Below are positions 41,762 to 53,145 of a DNA stretch of 64,000 nt, piece after piece. The stretch lies in the NCBI RefSeq assembly GCF_009914755.1, contig NC_060941.1; one strand, given 5' to 3'. A program made the translations under genes and the position numbers. This DNA is from the human T2T-CHM13v2.0 reference genome, Homo sapiens. Position 1 is the stretch's first letter. Every line of letters starts with the position of its first letter. The notes under the pieces are model-generated. The model was not told where the DNA came from. It was given only the letters and a program-made list of their open reading frames with translations, and made no database searches.

Positions 41762-44304
41762 TGATGGCAGTGGCAGCCAGTCTGGGAGCGGCCACTGCCA
41801 TGATGCCAGCTACAGCTGGGGAGGTGTGGCCAGGGCCGTGTGCTCCACAAAGCTGGCAGGAGGCAGGGACCGGTGGAATCCCACCCCCTTCCAAACTGGC
41901 AGGGTGGGAGCCTCATGCTCCCCAGGCGCAGCTACAGCCACCCAGCCACAACTCTGGATCCAGGCATCTCTGTGCTCTTGGGGGCCGGGAGCAGGCAGGA
42001 ACCCCACCCTCCCAGGCACAGCTGCAGCCACCCAGCCGTGGCTCCAGACCCAGCCATCTCTGCTCTTGGGGACCAGGAGCGGGCAGGAGCTCCACCCTCC
42101 CAGGTGCAGCTGCAGCCACCCGGCATGGCTCCTCTGTGCTCTCAGGGGCCCAGGAAGTGCCCCTACCCCTGCAGGCTTGGAAGCGTCTGCTCCCGCTCCC
42201 TGGCCTCTCCCTGCTCCTGGCACCCACTTCAATCTCGGAGCAAAGTTGAGGCTGTACCCAGGTGCTGTTGCAACCAGCCGGCTGTGCACACGCTCGGGGC
42301 AGTGCTCACATGCCAACCACCTGCTATGTCAGCCCCTCTGGACTTTGGGCACCAACGAGCATGGGAGGGAGGCTGAGGGTGGGGACTGAGGGCAGTTTGG
42401 CACTGGCCTGCAGGTGCCCCTTGGCACAATCAGCCTGGGTGTTATGGATGATGGCAGGAGGCAGACAGGGTCCTGGGCAGAAAGGGGCAGGTCCCCAGTG
42501 AAGTGCCACCTTCAAGCCAGGGACAGCCTGAAGCCTGGGGGCTGGGCTGATGGACCAGAATGGGAACTTTTAGTGCTTTTTCCAAGCCTGCCCATGGCTG
42601 CCCATGAATCAGTCAGCACATACTTCCTCCCCTTTGAAGCCCATAAAAACCCTGGACTCAGCCAGACTCAAGGAAACGATGGCATAACCTGCCTTCAGAA
42701 AGGAGCTACCCATGCCGGGGTCTCCTCTCTGCTGAGAGCTGAGCAGACGTTGGGAAAACCAGCTGCAGAGAGGAGCTGCACACTCCAGGGTCTCCTCTCT
42801 GCTGAGAACTGAGCAGACGTCGGGAAAACCAGCTGCAGAGAGGAGCTGCACACTCCAGGGTCTCCTCTGCTGAGAGCTGAGCAGACGTCGGGAAAACCAG
42901 CTGCGGAGAGGAGTTACCCACTCCAGGGTCTCCTCTCTGCTGAGAGCTGAGCAGACGTCGGGAAAACCAGCTGCAGAGAGGAGTTAACCACTCCAGGGTC
43001 TCCTCTCTACTGAGAGCTGAGCAGACGTCGGGAAAACCAGCTGCAGAGAGGAGTTAACCACTCCAGGGTCTCCTCTCTGCTGAGAGCTGAGCAGACGTCG
43101 GGAAAACCAGCTGCAAAGAGGAGTTAACCACTCCAGGGTCTCCTCTCTGCTGAGAGCTGAGCAGACGTCGGGAAAACCAGCTGCGGAGAGGAGCTACCCA
43201 CTCCAGGGTCTCCTCTCTGCTGAGAGCTGAGCAGACGTCGGGAAAACCAGCTGCGGAGAGGAGCTACCCACTCCCGGGTCTCCTCTCTGCTGAGAGCTGA
43301 GCAGACGTCGGGAAAACCAGCTGCAGAGAGGAGTTACCCACTCCAAGGTCTCCTCTCTGCTGAGAGCTGAGCAGACGTCGGGAAAACCAGCTGCGGAGAG
43401 GAGCTACCCACTCCAGGGTCTCCTCTCTGCTGAGAGCTGAGCAGACGTCGGGAAAACCAGCTGCGGAGAGGAGTTACCCACTCCAGGGTCTCCTCTCTGC
43501 TGAGAGCTGAGCAGACGTCGGGAAAACCAGCTGCAGAGAGGAGTTAACCACTCCAGGGTCTCTTTTCTGCTGAGAGCAGAACACTTATCAGGACAGTCTG
43601 CCTCCGGAGAGGAGCTACCAACTGTGGGTCTCCTCTGAGCTATTCTGTTGCTCAGTAAAGCTCCTCTTCAGCTTGCTTAACCTCCACTTGTCCGTGTACC
43701 TCATTCTTCCTGGATGCAGGACAAGAACTTGGGACCCACCAAATGTCAGGGCTACAAGAGCTCTAACACAAACAGGGCTGAAACATGCCCCTTGCTTGCC
43801 ACTTTGCAGATGACAAGAAGGAGAGAAGAGAAAAGGAGAGAAGAGCTGCAGCCCTTCAGGGAACCCAGACCTAGGAGCTCCCTGAGATAGGGCTGTGATG
43901 CCATCTCTGGGGCTCTGCAGTTCCTGGCGTCTCCAAGCTTCCAGGTGCCACCACGTTCCCCAGTGCCAGATGTTGAAGCTGCTTGTAGTACACCTGGCCC
44001 AGCCACAGCCTTGCAGGGAGCAGGCACCCATGCCAGTGCCTAGAGCTGCCCACCCCCCTGCAGCCAGCATGCATGGCTGTGCACAGTGGCTGGACCCCAC
44101 ATTCACTCTCACACCCCTCACCACTCTGCGCCTGGCTTGCCTTTGGCAGGTGTGAGATGCGGGCCAGCAGTGTGAGCCAAGCGCAGCCTGCCAGGCTGAA
44201 TGGGCATAACAAGCCCAGTGGGTCCAAGTAAAAACTCGGGCAAAGGCGTCACCAGCCACAGAGGTTTCTGGCTGGCAAAGCAATACCCCAAGGATCCCAT
44301 GACA
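41762..44304 (+). mobile_element. Solo ERV1 LTR, MER52-type, in the same orientation as RPTOR, enlarged by an internal VNTR
   Basis: TG...CA ends (tgatggcagtggcagccagtctgg ... ccccaaggatcccatgaca) match my recall of MER52; TATA-like cataaaa at 42642; poly(A)-like agtaaa at 43654; no clear TSD. Confidence 0.85.
42717..43578. repeat. 70-bp minisatellite, about 12 near-identical copies, inside the LTR
   Basis: Unit gggtctcctctctgctgagagctgagcagacgtcgggaaaaccagctgcagagaggagttaaccactcca; ggaaaaccag at 42961 and 43031. Confidence 0.97.
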
Positions 44305-44359
44305 TTTTGATCTACTTATAAAATGAAGACCTAAGTTACTGATAAAGTAAATAAACATT

Positions 44360-44640
44360 GGCCGAGTGCGATGGCTCACACCTGTAATCCCAGCACTTTG
44401 GGAGGCCAAGGCGGGCGGATCACTTGAGGCCAGGAGTTCCAGACCAGCCTGGCTAAGAGTCTCTACTAAAAATACAAAAATTAGCTAGGTGTGGTGATGC
44501 ACTCTTGTAGTCCCAGCTACTCAGGAAGCTGAGGCACAAGAATTGCTCGAACCCAGGAGACGGAGATTGCGGTGAGCCAAGATCACACCACTGCACTCCA
44601 GCCTGGCAACAGAGCGAGACTCTTATCTGAAAAAAGTAAA
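44360..44640 (+). mobile_element. Alu (AluS-like)
   Basis: ggccgagtgcgatggctcacacctgtaatccc...gcaacagagcgagactc. Confidence 0.94.
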
Positions 44641-44752
44641 AGAGAATGAAAATAAAGATTGAGATATCCAGGAAAGCATATTCCAAAGCACCAAACATCC
44701 TAAGCCTGATGCCTGGCTTCATGCTTTCGTAGCATGAGTTACTTATGGATAG

Positions 44753-45051
<299 letters not shown>

Positions 45052-46036
45052 ATGGATACATTTCTTTTAAAATCACATTGTCATGCCAGAATTTTCTCTC
45101 CTCCTACTTGACAGCCTCTCTTAGAACCCAGAGAGCCCGGTCTGTGTCTCCCTACCCTCTGTTCTCTCAAGCTGCCTGAATCGTAAGGATTTCTTAATTC
45201 AGCATGTTTGCAATTAACCTCTAGACCAAAGTAGTTCTGCACTGCTAAAACTGTCTTTACCTCTGAAATTCTCTGAAATTTCTCTTCCAGTGATCTCAGC
45301 CGATCTGCATATAGATATTCTGATTTCTTTTTAACCTCGTCAAATGGCATTTCCTTAACTGAGACAGACAGTTCTCTGTTGCCACCGTGATCCCTCCCTC
45401 TAGAACTGCACCTCTCTGAAGCCATTGGACTCTCTCCCAGCTCAGGGCCCCTCCGGGAATCGTGAGCTCTACGTCCAGCCCCTGAAGGCCGTGCTGCCCA
45501 TCCCACCCCTGCCTGGTTTCAGCGGTGGCCTGCTGTGTGGAAGTGTCTGACTGCCTCTCCCACCAAGCCACGGGCGTGTACACCCTCTGCGTCCTCAGCA
45601 AGCGTTCACCTCACCTGTCTTAGTTCCTGCACCTCCACCCCAAGGATGGATGCTCAGAACAGTGGGATGAGCCGCCCCAGGAATGTGGCATGCCAGCAGC
45701 ACTAATGAACATGAACAGCCTGGACACATGTCACACCTATGGCTTGAAAGCTTGTCATGCGCATGCTCATTCCCCTCACTGCAGACCTGGGGAACGAGGG
45801 CAGCATCAGCCTGGACTAGCATAGCTACAGAATCAGATGTGGCCCTGCCTTAGAGCCACGCTGCCCAATGCTGGCCCGTGGGCCCCTGCCCAGCTAGAGC
45901 AGAGGCACCCCTGGATCGCCCATCCAGACAGAGATGCCCTGTTCCCCTGCGGAGATGCAGACTCCAGGCTCTGGGGTGGCGGCCGGGAATCTGTTCTCAG
46001 TGAGACAGTACTGTGCAGCTGCAGGCAGCGGCTGCC

Positions 46037-46231
46037 CCACGAGCACCCTCGCGGGGGTCATAGCCACGAGCACCCTCGCCGGAGTCATAGCCACGAGCAC
46101 CCTCGCGGGGGTCATAGCCACGAGCACCCTCGCCGGAGTCATAGCCACGAGCACCCTCGCGGGGGTCATAGCCACGAGCACCCTCGCGGGGGTCATAGCC
46201 ATGAGCACCCTCACGGGGGTCATAGCCATGA
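46037..46231. repeat. 27-bp minisatellite, 7 copies
   Basis: Unit ccacgagcaccctcgcgggggtcatag, alternating with a ccggag variant. Confidence 0.96.
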
Positions 46232-49200
46232 GGCACTAGGTTGGCTCTTGGAGCCTGGGGCTCCTTCAGGCAAGGACAAGCACCAGCTTTGCCCTGAGCC
46301 CCATTCTAGTTCTGCTAGCTTTCAGCCAGTGACTTCATGCCTCTCAGCTTGCATTTCTCCTCTATAAAACTTAAAACTGGGATCATTGTATGACTCCCAC
46401 CCCCTAGGGCTGTGGTAAGAAAGGCAGAGCCCCATCCCTGTGCTGCCTGGGTGCAGCGGGGGCTCCATACAGCAAGCTGCATCGTCAGCACTCGTGTCTG
46501 TGTCCTGTGCCGCCCAGGTGCAGAGAGGGCTCCACACAGCCAGCTGCATCATCAGCACTCATGTCTATGTCGCCATCAGCTCCTTGGCCATCTCACCATC
46601 CTCTGTGGAAAAGGGGCCACAGCAACTCCAGAACCTCCCGAGCCTTCCCACACACCCGGGTCTGAGGAGGGAAGGAGCTGGTGGGCTGAGACACCTCGGC
46701 CTCCACTGACGCGGCGTTCTCTTCCCGCAGCGCCTAGGACTGAGGGCACCGTGGCCCCAAGTGAAATTCCTTAAGGCTTCCTTTGTAACTAATGGGCATC
46801 TTGTTAAGAGTCACCACGTTGCTTTAATGGAATAATACCTAGGACTTACTTTTCCAAAAGAAGAGTTCGTAGGATTTATCTAGGAAACGCAGTTTGCAGG
46901 AAAATGACTTGAAGAAATAGCAGCACACGCTTTTGCAGGGGTTTCTTCTCCCCCACCAAGCAGCCAGCGGCCTCTGCGCTATTCTTAGCCCAAAAGTGCC
47001 TCTGGATAATCCTCTGGGAATCCCTTTTTAAGAGTTTCTCACACATGAATCCAGATCCTCGATATAAAATTAACAGGAACATTTCTGAAATACTCCACTT
47101 CCTCCCAAGATAGAGCAGCCAGAAGCTGACGCTGGCATCCGCAGCCCTGACTGTGTCAAGATCCAGTGGGAAAATTCACTGTCCAAGTCTCTGAAATGTA
47201 CGGTATTTTCATCTGCATTGGATCAGACGCCCCCGTGTCCTTGTGAGGTGGCGCTCCCGGAACAGGAGACAGGGTGGGTCTCATTCCAGTCCCCGCTTCA
47301 GCAGCTGCAACAGTCGGGGGTGGATAAAAGACACCTGCACCTCCATCTTCCAGGCGTGTTCATGTGCGCACTGGCCCGAGAGAGTGTCTGTGCTGAGCAT
47401 TCGACTGTTAGCAAAGTCGTATCTGCCACCACCGAAGGTTGGCTTGGGGAGTGGAAGAAAGGCCCTGTCTTGTAGCCGGGACCTTGACCCTCTTACAGCT
47501 GCCGTCCTCTCTGGACGCAGACCTCCCTAGAGGGCGTGTTTGCACACCCTTGACCTCTGCAGGCTGCGAGTGAGCCGGGGCTCTGGGGGTGTACATGCTG
47601 AGAAGGGCGCCGTGTCCTCCAGGCAGGCCTGGGCCCACAGAGGCTGTGCGGGCCGCACTCAGCCCTCCAGTTTGCATCTCCAAACCCAGCCTCTGCCATT
47701 GCCGTGCCCTCTCTGTTCACCCTTCCTGGTGCTGCGCTCTCTAAGATGGTGGCAGGGACCAGCAGAAAGGACTCTCCCTGGTCCTCTGCCTTTGCCCCTG
47801 CCCCAGCCAGCTCTGCAGCTCCTGCTCGCTGCGTACCCTGTCCTCACACCGACACCGCAGGCAGGCAGGTCTGCCAGGTCACCTCTCAGGGACACGCTAC
47901 TCATGTTCACAATCTTGGCCCCACACCCAGCGCAATCAACGCTGAGTAAATGTTGAACAAATAAGAAGTGCACAGCTAAAGAAAGCTCCCTCCAGGCCAA
48001 CCCCCTGTGGTCACTACACTAATGGGGGTGGGGGGGGCTCCTGATCCAGGTGTGTGTCTGTCTCACGAGATTTCCAGAAGTGGTGGAAAATTAGTTTTGT
48101 GACAGCAGCCCCAGGTACAAGCCATGTGAAAGCAGGATGGTCTCATCTTATAACCCCAGGGGCTGCGAGAATTCATGCCGAGGCCCGGATCAGTTCCCTG
48201 CCTGGAAGAGTGGGCAGAGCAGAGGGTTCGTCACCACGGCTCCATGCGGTACTCCCACGGGCGCTTCCGTGCAGGGTGGCAAGGCGGGAGCTGCACAGAC
48301 CCCAGGCGGCTCAGCGTGACGTCCCAGGGCTCCTGAGTCACCGGCCCCAGCCCAGCAGCGCCTGAGCCTTTGTGCTCCGTGAGCGTCTGAGCATGTGTGG
48401 GTTTTGCTAAAGGCTTCATTTCAACTCCAGAAGTTTTCTGTCTTCCCCGTCACCTCCCACTGTTTTTCCAGACATTTTGAGAAGGCACATATAAAGTTCA
48501 CAGTCGAAAACTTGCTTTTCTCTTTTTAGACTTTTGAAGGGATCATATGTCTGGCAGGTTCTGTGGGATGGTTGTATGTGTCTAGGGCTGGCCGAATAGT
48601 TTAATACCAAAACAAAACAAGCTCAGAAAGAACATGTATTACTCTTGTCATTTAAAAGATAGGAACGTTGCTTAAAGACAAGTTATGGTTCCATTTTCTT
48701 GCTATTTGCATTTTGAAGGAAAGGACAATCTGGGAAGCGTGGGTGTTACATGAGTGAAGACTTCAGGATCGTTTTGTTTTCCTTGGTGTTCTGTTGGCTG
48801 AATTGCAGGTTCAAGGTTCCTAAATTCTAAGTGAATAATTAAAAGCATGAGACATTGCAGGCTCCACGCGGATGCGGACCTGAAGGACAGGGTTCTGTCT
48901 GGCTGGAGCGCAGCCTGGGATGGGCCGGCGCTCAGGGAATGGCTTGTGCCTGCGGGATCAGTGGGCACCTTCATGGAGCAGCTGGCCCCATCCTCCTGAC
49001 ACAGATGAGGTTGCCCCGGCACCATCAGGCCCCTTCTGAACGCGCACAGCCTCTGGAGTCCAGAACCCAGCGGGACCCGCATTCCCCCCACTGAGCAGTG
49101 TACTCAGAACAAAACCACCCCGAAGCACCTGGGCCCTCGCGAGGTCATGTCGGTGGCCGGGCAGCTCACGCCCTGCCTTGCGTGGTTTCTCACGGCTGCT

Positions 49201-50388
49201 CACTAACGCCGACAGCTGGTCTCCAGATCCACAGAAAACCCTGCTTTAAAAAATCAAAGCAAAACCTCTTGCCTCCTGAATGCCAGGGCTCAAGCTGGTA
49301 CAAATCTTTTTCTGTGGTAGAATTTCAAGCCCTGCAGGTGTCTGTGGCAGGAGGCTCTCAGAGCCCAGGGTCTTGGCTTCATCCACAGACGGCTGGGTTG
49401 AAGGGGTGGTTTGGAGCCTCATGCTGCCCACTAGGCTGTGCCAGCTGTGCACCACCCTGCTCCCCACCCTCCGGGAGCAGCCATCCCCTTCCCCTGCCAG
49501 TGCGCCCCTCCCCAGGGCAGGTTTCAGCCATGTCTGCCCTGGAGATGAAGGTTCCCCGTCCATGCAGTGCACCCAGCACCACCTGCGTGCGCCCGTGGGG
49601 AAGGATGACCACAGCCCCTCGGCCAGGAGGATGTTAAGGGCGGTCTTGAGTTTCAGGCCCCGTCACAGTCCAGGCAGCAGAGCCCATTTTGCCACTGGAG
49701 AGAGCCCAAGCCCCCTGCAGTCATTCTCTGACAGTTTCTGTGGCCTCCTGAAGAACACGGGGGTGTAAACAGTGGCCTGCGTGGAGGCCTCAGGCTGCTG
49801 GTGGCTTTCCACCCCGTGCCCACCGGCCAGGTCCCGGGTGGATGAAGCACTCCCTGACCCTCCGTGAATGCCACATCGCCCGGCTCCGGAAAGAGCATGG
49901 CTGGTGGATTCTTCCCGGGCCTCAACTCGCAGCCTCTGACCCGAGAGCTGAGGTGTTGGGGAGAATTGGACTCAAGGCTGGGACAGTGTGGAGGCCCAGC
50001 CTCAGGCAAGGGGGAGGACACTGAGGCCGCCAGGAGCCGCCCCTCTGGCAGGGAAGGTGAGGAGGGTGGGCCGTCATCCATCTCAGAGGCTTCAGGCCCT
50101 GACCCCTCAGGAGCCTCAGGCAGAGCTTCCTCCCCAGACATCCCGGCTCACACGGCCACGCCAGGGCTAGCCCAGTGGATGCATGTCCAAGAGTAAAGAA
50201 TACCACTTGAGCTTCAGGATTGCCTTTGCGGGGGATCCAGCTGGGGCCTTCCATTGGTGTTGGTGCTTCCTCGGCCAAAGGCCTTTTCTGTGATTCTGAA
50301 GCGGCTCCACGCCAGCCTCTGCTTCGTGTGGCGGCCTCCGCGGAGCACGTCCTGTCTGACCTTCACACCCCCATTCCTTTGCCCCTAG

Positions 50389-50492
50389 GCCACCGTGAAC
50401 GCCCGGCCGCAGCGCGTCCTGGACACCTCCTCCCTCACGCAGTCGGCCCCCGCCAGCCCCACCAACAAGGGCGTGCACATCCACCAGGCGGG
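50389..50492 (+). CDS. RPTOR: RPTOR coding exon (about exon 22), ATVNARPQRVLDTSSLTQSAPASPTNKGVHIHQA(G), 104 nt, phase 0-2; Ser863 codon at 50455-50457
   Basis: Acceptor cctttgcccctag|GCC, donor CGGG|gtaagt. Confidence 0.96.
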
Positions 50493-51154
50493 GTAAGTGC
50501 CGCCCGCTCAGCCTGCAGGTCCGTGGTGGTGACCGGGGCCCCACGGGCTGAGCTGTCCCTGAGCCGGCCTCCCCATCCTCCTCCTTCCCCGCCCTGTCTT
50601 GGCTTCGTCTCCTCCCCCCTCTCCAGTGGGCGCTCTTTCCCTCTCCCTCCCGGACACCCCGGTACCCGCCTGATCTGAGCCCTGCCTTGAGCTCTCCCCA
50701 TCTTGAGGAACCCTTCATGTGCACATCATCTCAGCAAAAGTTGAATGAAGCCTGGTCTCTGTGGCCTTTCAGAGTTTGTAAGAGGGGATCTAGATCTCCA
50801 AATGGGTAACCAACAGGTGTTTGCACCTCAGGACGTGGCACTGCTGTGTGCTGAGCTCGCACATCCCGGCCCACTCGACTCTGAGCTGGGTTCGTCCTGT
50901 CCGCGCCACCTCCCAGGGTGGTGGAGTTCAATGAGGGACAACCCTGCCCCCTGCCAGGCGGGCAACCGAGCAGCATGGACTCGGCACCAGCAGCTGGGGT
51001 TCGGGAGCCATGATGGCATGCTGGGTGACTGAGGACACCCCGGGCCCTGGTGGCACCTGGGAGGGTGCAGGTGGCCCAGGAAGTTGTTCCATGTTCCCTC
51101 TCGAAGCCCCAGACTCTGCAGAGGATGCAGTGTTTGTTTTTCTTCCAATGGCAG

Positions 51155-51338
51155 GGGCTCCCCTCCGGCGTCCAGCACCAGCAGCTCCAGCCTGACCAAC
51201 GATGTGGCCAAGCAGCCGGTCAGCCGAGACTTGCCTTCTGGCCGGCCGGGCACCACAGGCCCCGCTGGGGCGCAGTACACCCCTCACTCCCACCAGTTCC
51301 CCCGGACACGGAAGATGTTCGACAAGGGCCCAGAGCAG
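51155..51338 (+). CDS. RPTOR: RPTOR coding exon (about exon 23), GSPPASSTSSSS...HQFPRTRKMFDKGPEQ, 184 nt, phase 2-0; includes the Rag-binding Raptor claw segment
   Basis: Acceptor ttcttccaatggcag|G, donor CAG|gtacgg; the peptide lies within ORF 51084..51599. Confidence 0.96.
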
Positions 51339-53034
51339 GTACGGGAGCCCGGCTGCCTGGTGATCTGGACACTGAGAGCGTTGCTTCTCAGATGGGGGCT
51401 CATGGCCTCAGCCTCAGGCTGCTCATATCACCATGGGATGGGGCAGGACCCGCCCTGCCGTCCTGGGTCTGTGGGCCACTCTCTGCCTTTGCAGACCCGG
51501 GTGCTGGTCCTCACTCGTGCACCCCTCTGCCTGCACTCTTTAGGAGCACTGCTGGGTGTGTCCCGGTCCCTCTGCCTGCACTCTTTAGGAGCACTGTAGG
51601 GTGTGTCCCGGTTCTCCGCCCCTGGTTCTGGTTTCACCATTCTGGGCAGCTTCCATGTAACGAAACAGGAGCACGGAGTTACCTGGCTCTGCCCTTCCTG
51701 GGCACACAGCACTCTGCGTCCGCTTGGGGGCAGCTGCACTGCAGAGCATTTGTTCTGAATGTGTTGTCTTTTCTGTGAACATCCAAGTACGCTGCATAAA
51801 TAGGTACACTCTCTTTGCCTTTAACTAAGTTGAAAAAGATATTTCTGGAGAGAGGAATGCCTGCTTTGTTTTGCCAGGGTTATGAGAGTGGTGTGAGGTG
51901 GCAGCTGGTCCGGAGACCTCGGCTGTCTCGTCCAGGTGCTGCCACTTTGTCAGTTGAGGGCACCTGGGCTCAAGAAGGTGGTTCAGGGCGCACCCAGCAC
52001 ACCCAGCTGCTCTGGGTGCTGACAGCATGATCATCTCAGCAATGAGTGGGGTCCGGGGCTCGCTTGGTAATCCAGTGATTTTAAAAGAAGTTAGCGGCCG
52101 CCTTGCAGGATGCCCTGGAGCAGGAACGGCCATGTTGGGGTAGAAGAGCTGTCACGGCAAGAGCGGACAGGTCCCCACAGGTGCTGCTCAGCCCCAGCCC
52201 ACCTGGACTTTCCGTGTCTCGGCAGAGGAGGAGCGAGAATCACCACCGAGCCCCAAGTGCAGGGTCAGCCTCCTGGCCAGGCCCTGGGGAGCAATGCTAC
52301 CGGCACGTGCAGCTCACCCACCCGACCCCCCGGGGTGGGGGGGATGCACCTCTCACTGCACCTGCCCTGAGATCATGGGGAGCTCCCTGTGCCAAGACAC
52401 AGCGTGAGAGACGCCAGCAGGCCACATGGCGTGGCACAGGAGACCCCTGGTGCCCAGCCTCACTGCACAAGCACACACAGACTCTGACAGCCCTGGCCGC
52501 CACAGGTTCCACAACAGGAAACACCCAAAGCTCAGTCCTCCTCAGCTCCACATCCTCTTTCTCCAGTAGCTGGGAGCTCCAGCCGGCCTGCAAAGCTGTG
52601 CGCTCCGTCCAGGCCACTTCACATGGGAGTCCCCGCTCTCAGCCTGGTGTCATGGGGCCATCACAGGAGCTGTCCTGGAACCAAGCGGCAGAGGCTTTTT
52701 GGGGGTTGATAAACCAGCACACATGGACGCACGTGGCATTGTCTGAACAGTCAGTTAGAATTGACTTGGGAGCTGTGCTGGGTCGGCCCTGGGGATGGTG
52801 GGACCGACGTGGCTCACACTTCACAGCCCGGGCCCCTCAATCCCTGGCCAGACGTTCAGGGGTTCTTGGTCACCAGGATACGGAAGTGAGCAGAGCACAG
52901 AAGTGCCGTCCTTAGGGGCAGCCCGGTGCTCCCGGCAGCGCCTTTGTCCCCAGCTGCAGCTCTTTTGAGCTCAGGAGTGGCATGACTGACTGGTGTTTCT
53001 TTTTCCTTCCAACCCTCCTGCTTAAACCCTGAAG

Positions 53035-53145
53035 ACTGCGGACGACGCGGACGATGCTGCTGGACACAAAAGTTTCATCTCCGCCACGGTGCAGACGGGG
53101 TTCTGCGACTGGAGCGCCCGCTATTTTGCCCAGCCCGTCATGAAG
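53035..53145 (+). CDS. RPTOR: RPTOR coding exon (about exon 24), TADDADDAAGHKSFISATVQTGFCDWSARYFAQPVMK, 111 nt, phase 0-0
   Basis: Acceptor ccctgaag|ACT, donor AAG|gtgcgc. Confidence 0.95.

Noticed and set aside
41595-42389. 264-aa ORF, and the minus-strand ORF 43615..44409, as retroviral genes
   Set aside because: Both lie in GC-rich LTR or Alu sequence and show no gag, pol or env motifs.
45837-46367. His-rich ORF (HEHPRGGHS)n resembling a metal-binding protein
   Set aside because: It arises from a 27-bp repeat that is open in several frames, with no supporting splice or promoter context.
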